A DNA stretch of 64,000 nucleotides from Eledone cirrhosa (Eukaryota). Below are positions 54,050 through 64,000 of this stretch, piece after piece. The stretch lies in assembly GCA_964016885.1 (NCBI GenBank), contig OZ024742.1, forward strand, positions 299,770,001 to 299,834,000, given 5' to 3'. The notes beneath the pieces were generated by a model. It was not told the DNA's origin and ran no database searches. It saw nothing but the letters and a program-made list of their open reading frames with translations. How positions within the stretch are numbered: position 1 is the stretch's first letter; each line of letters opens with the position of its first letter. Made by a program: the position numbers and the translations under genes.

Positions 54050-55850
54050 TTACCTCTTCGTCTCCTGGGGACCAGGCTGCACAATTTCCATGGGGGTGTT
54101 GGAAGGGTTGTTTGGTGGGGTGGTGGTTTGTGGTGGGGTGAGGACATCAGTGTGTGGTGGGATTAGGGTGTTTGGTGGGGTGTGGGTGTCTAGTGTGGGG
54201 GTGGGGAAACATCTCAATAGGACGCTGTTATGTGGTTTGGTGCAATTGGTTCCCACATGCATTGGATGGTTCTTTTTCAATGTTACATAGGTTTCCGTTG
54301 GGACCCTAATCATCATTAGGTGCGGTTTGTTCGCTGTGTAGGTGAAAGTGATCCCTTCGGTTTCCACTGAAGGGTTATTTTCTATCGCTTTCATCAACGT
54401 TTTATTTTTCTTGTTAATGTATGTATAGAGTTTTTGTTGTGTTGTGTTTGTTTTTGTTTGTTGTTCTTGTGCGTGTTTGCGTTTTGTAGTACGTGTTATG
54501 TTTTGGGGAGGGGTGGATTTTTTTGTTTGTGATGTTTGTTCTGTTTGTGCTGCTGGTTGTGTGTTTGTGGCATTTTTGTTAATGTGGTGCCTTTTTTTTT
54601 CCTTTTCACCTGTTGAAAGGGTTCTCCCTCGTCGTCACTGGGTGACGTTGATACGGAGTCCTCTTCCGTGTTGTTGGGGAGGGGTATATTTTGGGGTTTT
54701 GTTGTGGTTGCTTTTGTATTTGTTTTAGGTGGGGAGGGGTTGGGTGGAACAGTGTTTTGTGTTGTTATTTTTCCGTGTTGTTGTGGTTGTTGTTGTTGTT
54801 GTGGTGGTGGTGGTGGTGGTGGTGGTGGTGGTGGTGGTGGTTGTGTTGTTGTGTTCGGGGTTGGCAGAAGAGCCTTTTTTTTTACTCGTTAATTGAACAC
54901 AGGCAGCCCTCAGGTGACCCCTGCTTAAGCATTGGTAACATGACGGCCGCCTTCCCTTCACTGAAATGTTTATATAAGTTAGCCCGTCCAGAGGCACGCG
55001 TTGTGGGTTATTCGCTATTCGTTCTGGGCTCATTTGCACCAGAACTTCTACGGTGGTCCCACCAAATACACCTCCGGAGGACTTTCCTATTGAAATTATC
55101 TTGTCTTCGTCAAAGTCAATGATTCCACATAGTATCCACCAAATATTTACATTTGGTGTGATACTCATTATTTTTATTCTTTGTGTCCTTTTCCCCCTGT
55201 ATGTGCGGAAAAAGGTGAAGCGGGGGAACACAATGGGTGATACCGAGTACTTTTGAGCTGTTGACTGGTTGTTCATTAGCACCGAAATGCTACCAAACAG
55301 TTTACCTTTTTGTATGAAGGTTAAGTCCTTTGTGATAATTGAGCTGGTTTTCTTGTTTCGTTCGAAATTGTCCTGAAAACCACAGTTTTCAGGACAGCCT
55401 CTCTACGTAATTCCTGTGGAGAATTGATGCTAAAAGCACCGTTTTCGCCAAAAGTCACGAATTGTTTTGCGTCTTGTAATAGTTGTTTAGCATTTGTTAT
55501 GTCTATTGGCGTGTATAGTTCGTTTTTTTTTTACAGTCTGTGCGAACGTTGTTTTGGTGTTGTTGTCTTTTTTGTTGCTGTTGTTGTTGTCACTGTTGGT
55601 GATATTGTTCATGTTTTCCTTGGTGTTGTTATTGTTGCAGTTGTTGGTTGTGGTGTTATTGTCATTGTTCTTGTTGTTGGTGCTGGTATTATTTACCGGG
55701 TTTGGTTCCGTGGTTTCAATATTTTCAACGTTTTTCGATAATGCGAGAGGGGAAGGCTGCAAGCTTTGTACTCCTACCTTCCCTCCACCATTTTTCTTAG
55801 TGAACGTGGTACTCACGACAGTGTGCAAGGTTGAAATGGCATCCCTTGTT
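54050..55850 (-). pseudogene. LINE ORF1 (gag-like, CCHC zinc knuckle, Asn/Thr low-complexity tracts), frameshifted
   Basis: KGRRPSCYQCLSRGHLRAAC in ORF 54725-55282 and TFAQTVK in the N-terminal piece. Confidence 0.75.
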
Positions 55851-56045
55851 GACTACCAAGTCTACACAGTTTTGAGATGAAAATGAAAATTTCTCCCCAG
55901 AAAGGGGCGAAAATTAGTTGACTCAACGTCTGAAGGCCCAGGCAAGGGGTTAAACTAAACAATGTTAACAAATTGAACAATGAACTCACAGTTTCTTTTT
56001 TACAATAATCCGTAAAAATCCGGAGCGAAGTAATACACGAGTTTG

Positions 56046-57350
56046 TTGGTTTGGTGAGAGAGGGGGAATTGTGAAAGAGATTGAGGTATGTAGTAGAATA
56101 AAGAGAGAGGGAGAGAGTTTGTTGGTTTAATGAGAGAGGAGGGGAAATTAAGGGAGTGAGAGAGTAAGGTATGTAGTGTGGTATAGAGAGGGGGAGATTG
56201 ACTGGTGGTCTAGCGAGAGCGGAGAAATAGTGAGAAAGTCAGGTAAGCAGTGGTATAGAGTGAGGGAGGCAGAATTTGGTGGTGAGAGAGGGGGAATTGT
56301 GAGGGAGAGTGGGGTATGTAGTGATATATAGAATTTAGTGGTCTGGTGAGAGTGGTCTAGTGAGAGAGAGTGAGGTTTGTAGTGGGATATAGAGAGGTGG
56401 GAAGAATTTGATGGCCTAGTGAGAGAGGGGGAATTGTGAGAGAGTGAGGTATGCAGTGGGAGAGAGATAGAGAGAGATAGAGAGGGAATTAAGTGCGTGG
56501 AAGAAAGAAATTTATGTAGTGGATTATTTAGAGGTTGAGAGAATTTGGTGGTCTATTGTGAGAGAGAGAGTGAGGTGTGTAGCGGGATATAGAGAGCGGG
56601 AGAGAATATGTTGGTTTAGTGAGAGAGGAGAGGGGGAATTAAGAGGGTAAAAGAGAGTGAGGTATGTAGTAAAATATAGAGAGGGGGAAGAGAATTTGGC
56701 GATCTAGTGAGAGAGGGGGAATTGTGAGAGAGTGTGGGTTATGTAGTGGGACATAGAGAGCGGGATAGCATTTGGTGGTTTAGTGAGAGAGAGTGAATTG
56801 TGAAAACGATAGAATGAAGCATGTAGTGGGATATAGTGAGGGGGAGAGTGTCTGGTGGGCTAGTGAGAGTGTGGGAATTACGAGCGTGATAGAGTGAGGT
56901 ATGTACTTGTATATAGAGAGTGGCAGAGAGAATTGGTGGTTTAGTGAGAGAGGGTGAATTGTGAGAATGATAGAATGAAGCATGTAGTGGGATATAGTGA
57001 GGGGGAGAGTGTCTGGTGGGCTAGTGAGAGTGTGGGAATTACGAGCATGATAGAGTGAGGTATGTACTGGTATATAGAGAGTGGCAGAGAGAATTGGTGG
57101 TTTAGTGAGAGAGGGTGAATTGTGAGAATGATAGAGTATGACGTATATAGAGAGGGGGAGAATATTTTGTGGTTTAATGAGAGAGGGGGAATTGTGACAG
57201 TGAGAGAAAGTGAGGTATGTAGTCGGATATAGAGAGCAGGAGAGAGTTTTGTGGTTTAGTGAGAGAGGGAAAATGTTGATCTAGTGAGAGAGAGTGAGGA
57301 ATATAATATATAGAGGGTGAGAAAAGTATAATATTTTAGTGAGAGAGAGG
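56046..57350. repeat. GA-rich satellite with monomer of about 75-80 bp and a local 161-bp dimeric higher-order repeat
   Basis: Recurring TTGGTGGTTTAGTGAGAGAG..GAATTGTGAG..GTATGTAGTGGGATATAGAG; near-identical blocks start at 56772, 56933 and 57094. Confidence 0.85.
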
Positions 57351-57533
57351 TAATATTTCAAGATAGTGTGACAAAATAATTGTAGGAGGGAAGAAAACTT
57401 TTTAACATTGGGTTTCACAGTAAAGTAGCTGTGTATATGAGTGTCTGTGTTTATGCGTATATATGTATGTGTGTGTATATATGAATGTGTGTGCGTGTGT
57501 TTGTATGTTTCTGTATATACATACATGTATGTG

Positions 57534-57629
<96 letters not shown>

Positions 57630-57631
<2 letters not shown>

Positions 57632-57709
57632 GGAAAATGTTTAACCCCGACGGCAGAGCTCAAGCCGTTTCGACGGCTATTTCTGCCGTCAGGGTTAAAC
57701 ATTTTCCTA
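57630..57709. repeat. Hairpin with about 28-bp arms abutting (TA)n
   Basis: TAGGAAAATGTTTAACCCCGACGGCAGA ... TCTGCCGTCAGGGTTAAACATTTTCCTA. Confidence 0.9.
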
Positions 57710-57786
57710 TTACCCACTCTACTACTCTAAATATTGAGTACTCTGGTGCGTTATGGTCCATCTGGTTCCTTACCACACTTCCTTCG

Positions 57787-57843
<57 letters not shown>

Positions 57844-57987
57844 TATGTGTGTGTTTATTTGTATATGTGTGTATGTGTTTATATATGTGTTTGTGTGTGT
57901 ATGTTTATATGTGTGTATGTTGTGTGTGCCTGTGTGCTTGTATATGTGTGTGCGTGTGCGAGTGTATATGTGTGTGTGTGTTTGTGC

Positions 57988-58083
<96 letters not shown>

Positions 58084-58111
58084 ATATATGTATTTATGTT
58101 TGTGAAAGTGT

Positions 58112-58400
58112 GTGGTTAGGGGTATTCCGCTCACAATCGTAATGTCGTGAGTTCGATTCCCGGCGTTCCATTGTGTCCTTGAGCAAGACACTATATTTCA
58201 CGTTGTTCGAGTCCACACAGCTGGCAAAAATGAGTTGTGCCTGTAATTCGAAGAACCAGCCATGTGACACACTGTGCCACACTGAATCTCCCTGTGAAAT
58301 ACGTAAAGGGTAAGCGTGTCTGTGGAATGTTCGGCCACTTGCATGTTAATTTAACGAGTAGGCTGTTCCGTTGATAGTATCAACTGGAACACTCGTGGCC
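58112..58400 (+). mobile_element. SINE family B
   Basis: GTGGTTAGGG..GAGTTCGATTCCCGG..GTGTCCTTGAGCAAGACACT. Confidence 0.75.
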
Positions 58401-59323
58401 TCCATTTCACATCTGGTATGGATTTCATATCTAATCTACTTTTCATACCTACATTCCATATTTATGCTGCTTGTCATCTTGAGAAAATGTCTTTTACTAT
58501 ATAGCTTCGGGTCGACCAAGATTTATGAGTGAAATTGGATAGAGGGAAGTTTGGAAGCCCGTCATTTGAACTGTACCTTTAATTAAAACGTCCTGCTGTG
58601 TTACATTGAATCTCACATTAAATTAAGTTATTTGTAACTATCGGTAAAGCCTCGGACAACCTGCTATATGGCATAGGGTTACGCTTCTTTGCGATCTAAG
58701 TTCAAATCCTGCCAAGGTTAGCTTTGACTTTCATCCTCACAGGGTCGATAAAATAAAGTACCAGTAATGTACTGGGGTCGATTTAATCGACTTTCCCGAC
58801 CCCACAAATAGCTGGCCTTGTGCCTGTAGTTGAAATTATTATTTGTAAACATGTCTTTGAAACACTCAGTCACATGTTTATTCAATAAATATGCTATTCC
58901 TTTGACAAAACATCTGAAACACTCGTCGTCGAAACTGAGAGAGGTCCATTCCAAAACTATCGGATGGACAGTACCTTTAATTCATACATTGTGTCCTACC
59001 ATAACCTGGCCCTAGTGTGTTAGCAGGGTCCACTTTGTTAGAATCCAATATAACAACTACCAATATAACAACCACTAACATAACAACAACAACTATAACA
59101 ACCACCACCAGCACCACAACTATAAAAACCACCACATTAACATCCACAACCACAGTAATCAAAACCACCACCACTACCAATATAACAACCACTAGCATAA
59201 CAACAACAACAACAACAACAACAACGACTTCAGATTTAACAAATCTAGTACCATTGAGAAAAATGTCCGTCTGTTTAAATTTAATTATTTTTACACAAAT
59301 AGAGAAATATTATTTCTTCAGAT

Positions 59324-59513
59324 CGCGTGGATTGGCAGTATCGGTAGAGCGTCGGACACTATTCTTTGCAGCATAGAGTTATGGCTTTTTACGTTCTGCT
59401 TTCAAATCCTGCCGAGGTTAACTTTACTTTTCATCCTTACGGCGTCGATAAAATAAAGTACCAGTAATGCACTGGGGTTATTGCTGGCCTTGTGCCAAAA
59501 CTAGAAACAATTA
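59324..59513 (+). mobile_element. SINE family A (further copies near 43713-43856 and 58640-58842)
   Basis: GTGGATTGGCAGTATCGGTAGAG..TTTCATCCTTACGGCGTCGATAAAATAAAGTACCAGT. Confidence 0.8.
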
Positions 59514-59813
59514 TCATTCTTATTAGCTTCATAAGATAATAAAATACATTTAATTGTATACTTAATGCAATATAGACAAGAAATCAATAAATCCTAATTG
59601 TAGTTTATTAATTAATTATCGTTTTCTAGCAGCTTGTAAGAACAGCGTTTGAAGGTTTTTTAATTAATGAATCATCTTATATTACTTCATTGACTTACTC
59701 GTCGTTCTAAAACAACTGTTCTGTGGCCATGCATAAAGTTTAATAAGTGAAAAGTAAGGTGGATGTAACTAAACGTATCTGTTTGATAATGGGAGTGTGT
59801 AATCCACTATATA

Positions 59814-59890
59814 CAGGGTGTCCCCCAAACATCTATATATATATTTATTAGAATGCTGTTGAAGTGTGCATACATTTTTGGGACACCCCG
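59814..59890. mobile_element. Tiny Tc1-type MITE
   Basis: TA|CAGGGTGTCCCCCAAA ... TTTTGGGACACCCCG|TA. Confidence 0.6.
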
Positions 59891-59891
59891 T

Positions 59892-61274
59892 ATCATCATC
59901 ATCATGATCATCATCGTTTAACGTCCGTGTTCCATGCTTGCATGGGTTTGGACGGAGGATTTTCCCACTTGAGGCAAGAGTGGTTATCTTGCTCGCATAG
60001 GACTATCTGGCGGGTTTTCTACAGCTGGATGCCCTTCCTAAAACCAACCACATTTACAGTGTGGGGCTGGGAGGTTTTTACCGTGTTGCCTACACGGCCA
60101 GATTACAGCGTGAACTGTGTGTTTTTTTGACGTGACACCTACACGATCTCATTTGTTTCGGCCTTGATGTTGTGGCACCAACATAACTTTACATTGAAAG
60201 GGGTGGATGGGGTGGGGTGGGGGGGGTGTATTTTGTTAGAGATGCCTACTGACTGTAGTAGGTTTTACTTTGTATTTAGGTAAGGCGGGTCTTCTCTTTT
60301 ACTGAGTACCGCCAAAGGTCTCGGTCCAGTGACATTGTCTTGGTGAGGTGTAAGTGTGTGAGGTCGGAATTTATCAGCTCGTCCCAGGTTTTTCTGGGTC
60401 TGCCTATTCCGTTGCTACCGTCTATCTTTATTGCCCTGCACTTTGTTATACAGCTATCGTCCTTCATGCGCATCACGTGACCATACCAACGTAGCCTTCT
60501 CTCGAGTAAACAACATCTGATCCCTCTTATTTCTAATGTTTTCCTTAGTTCGTTTATGCTTTGCCGTTCACGTATATTACTATTACACATCCAGCGGAGC
60601 ATGCAAGCTTCGTTCCTCTCTAGTCTGCGTATATCCTCTGCACACAATGCCCAGGTCTCACTGCCGTGCAACATTGCTGTTCGTATGCAGGCATCGTACA
60701 ACCTGCCTTTCATTTTTAGGGAGAACCCTTTAGCGGCTAATAGTGGTATGAGCTCTCTGAACTTTTTCCACCCAGTTCTGACTCTAGCTACTGTACTTTC
60801 AGAGCACCCTCCCCCACTGCTGATTTTATCACCCAGGTAACGGAAGCTGTCCACTATTTCTATAGAACCCTCTGCGCAGTTGAAAGAGCTAGTATTCTGT
60901 GGGCACTTGCTGCTACTTATTGCCCCAGAACACCGGCCACATGTAAAATCTATGTTCTTAGTTAGCTTACCTGTGATCCCACTACATCTTTTATGCACCC
61001 AAACTTTGCATTTCGGACACAAAATGGAGTTTCTACCTACGCCTTTCCTACACTCTGAGCATGGCCACTTCCCGGAGGGGACCGCCGCCTTATTTTCTTT
61101 CTTACAAACTAGAACTTTAGTCTTAGCCAGGTTAATTTTAAGGCCTTTTGATTCTAGGCCGTGCTTCCATGTTTGGAATTTCTTCTCTAGCTCGGCCATT
61201 GTTTCAGCTATGAGCGTTAGATCATCTGCGTATAGGAGTTCCCATGGGCAGCCGGTCTTGAACTCCACTGTTAT
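59892..61274 (-). mobile_element. 5'-truncated RTE-clade LINE (RT C-terminal half intact, (GAT)n tail)
   Basis: ORF 60276-61289 contains CPWELLYADD, GLKINLAKTK, FRYLGD, MLHGSETW, RRLRWYGHV and GRPRKTW. A plus-strand (CAT)n tail lies at 59892-59914. Confidence 0.9.
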
Positions 61275-62396
<1,122 letters not shown>

Positions 62397-62573
62397 GCGT
62401 ATATATATACAAATAAAATATAGAGTTATTAACTCATATAGGTACCCTGCAATTAAAACAAGCTCAAAGTTTAAATACCGAACATTGTATAGTAATATAT
62501 ATGTATAAATAAACACAGTAAATCTCGTGTCTAAAATTACGAGAGTATAAGATACGACTAATGTTTTAATATA

Positions 62574-62664
<91 letters not shown>

Positions 62665-62769
62665 TATATATATATCATGTATAAACATTCATATATATAT
62701 TAATATATATTTACATACATATATATGGATCCCGTGTCCGCGAATCGCCAGGAATCTTAGCCGAGAATG

Positions 62770-62851
62770 ACTCTCTGATGAAGAAAGGATTCTCCATGGT
62801 CTCCATTTGGAGACTATGTATATCCCCTTTCAGAAACTAATTAGTTAGAGT
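62770..62851 (+). ncRNA. Minimal hammerhead ribozyme motif
   Basis: ACTCT-CTGATGA-aGAAAGG..CATGGTCTCCA/TGGAGACTATG..CCTTTCa-GAAA-CTAATTAG-TT-AGAGT, with perfect stem I and palindromic stem III. Confidence 0.8.
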
Positions 62852-62907
62852 GAAATTTAAGTTAATTACTATAATTAAGTTAATTACTATAATTTTCCTA
62901 TTTTACG

Positions 62908-62995
<88 letters not shown>

Positions 62996-63085
62996 TGGAA
63001 ACAGAAAAGGTCATAGAAATGAAGAGTGCTCTATGTAAGTTAATTACTATAATTAAGTTAATTACTATAATTTTCCTATTTTACG

Positions 63086-63131
<46 letters not shown>

Positions 63132-63220
63132 TGGAAACAGAAAAGGTCATAGAAATGAAGAGTGCTCTATGTAAGTATCAGAGCAAAATTTAATGTATAA
63201 AAATCAATACAATATAATTA

Positions 63221-63290
63221 CCTCATTACCAGAGGTTACCCGAATGAGGCGAATACGAAATAAACGACTTCATTCGTTCGTCAGACGAGG
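63221..63290 (-). ncRNA. Hammerhead-like motif with GUAA in place of GAAA
   Basis: Minus strand: CCUCGU-CUGACGA-aCGAAUGA...UCAUUCGg-GUAA-CCUCUGG-UA-AUGAGG, with 6-bp stem I and 7-bp stem II. Confidence 0.6.
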
Positions 63291-63568
63291 CAATATAATA
63301 TATAAAGGATTATGAGTTCATTCAATTGACTTATGTTTCGTTACTATTATAACTCCGGAACTTATATCTTCATTGAGTGCTCCCTATCCGCATACTGAAG
63401 TACTGGATTTTACCAACACTTCGTGCTTACCCCATACTCCACACCTTGTTGAGCGCTTCATACAGTAGCGGACCGCAGCCAATATGAATAAACTCACCAC
63501 TCTGGCATCACTGAAGGACATCCCATTACCGGGTAAACGCGGTACATGTGCAGGGGCTTAAGAAATCA

Positions 63569-63991
63569 TGCAATTGCAGAGAGCCATCACTATTCCCCCT
63601 TAATAATGAATGCACGACGAAAAACGTAGTCTACAGGTGCAAGGTCACAACCTCTAACTCAGAGCACCACTACATAGGATCCACGGCGACGAGCTTCTAA
63701 GATAGGTGGTATAACCATCGCCATTCCTTTAACAGAATAGAAAAGAGGAAATGTACGGCCCTCTCTGAATTGATCTGGAAGCTCAAACTTGAAAAGACCC
63801 CGCACTCTCTGGTCTGGTCCGAGGTTAGAAAGGCTCCCCCAGACAGAAGTGGGTCTGGTATTTGCAACCTCTGTCTTAGTGAGACACTCGAGATACTTCA
63901 TGGCGGAACCAAGCTATTAAACAGAAGGGCTGACTTATTCGGTGCCTGCAGACACCTAAAGACAGGAACTTTCCTCAAGCTATGTGGATAA
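63569..63991 (+). pseudogene. Penelope-like GIY-YIG endonuclease domain with one in-frame stop
   Basis: CNCREPSLFPLNNECTTKNVVYRCKV..HYIGSTATSF*DRWYNHRHSF..TALSELIWKLK..CNLCLSE..LLNRRADLFGACRH. Confidence 0.85.
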
Positions 63992-64000
63992 ACCCCGGTT

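Larger units (their letters stand above)
50330..56045 (-). mobile_element. Near full-length L1/Tx1-clade LINE, frameshifted
   Basis: ORF1 with a CCHC knuckle, ORF2 with APE, RT and C-terminal Cys motif, and a 3' UTR ending AAATAAATAGAAA. Boundaries are approximate. Confidence 0.9.

Overview
This is eukaryotic, AT-rich, microsatellite-saturated DNA with no confidently identifiable host gene. The repeat and SINE repertoire suggests a cephalopod (octopus-like) genome, which is an inference. Most six-frame ORFs are (TA)n/(CA)n/(GA)n artefacts. Recognisable elements are a near full-length frameshifted L1/Tx1-clade LINE, an RTE-clade LINE 3' half, decayed R4/Dong-type RLE retrotransposons, an internally deleted hAT transposon with TIRs, Helitrons (a tandem non-autonomous array and a helicase remnant), Tc1/mariner MITEs, two tRNA-derived SINE families and two Penelope-like (PLE) GIY-YIG remnants. 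The most striking signal lies outside the ORFs: about 15 hammerhead-ribozyme-like folds from several unrelated sequence families, most lying about 15-95 nt upstream of a (TA)n tract and often followed by AATAAA. Several occur as back-to-back double-ribozyme palindromes, and some carry non-canonical cores (CAGAAGA in three copies, CCGAAGA, GUAA). Alongside them are many long fold-back palindromes and terminally redundant mini-elements anchored on (TA)n. Together these suggest a (TA)n-targeting, ribozyme-bearing PLE/retrozyme-like system that generates hairpin DNA. All folds and translations were done by eye, and no catalytic activity is shown.
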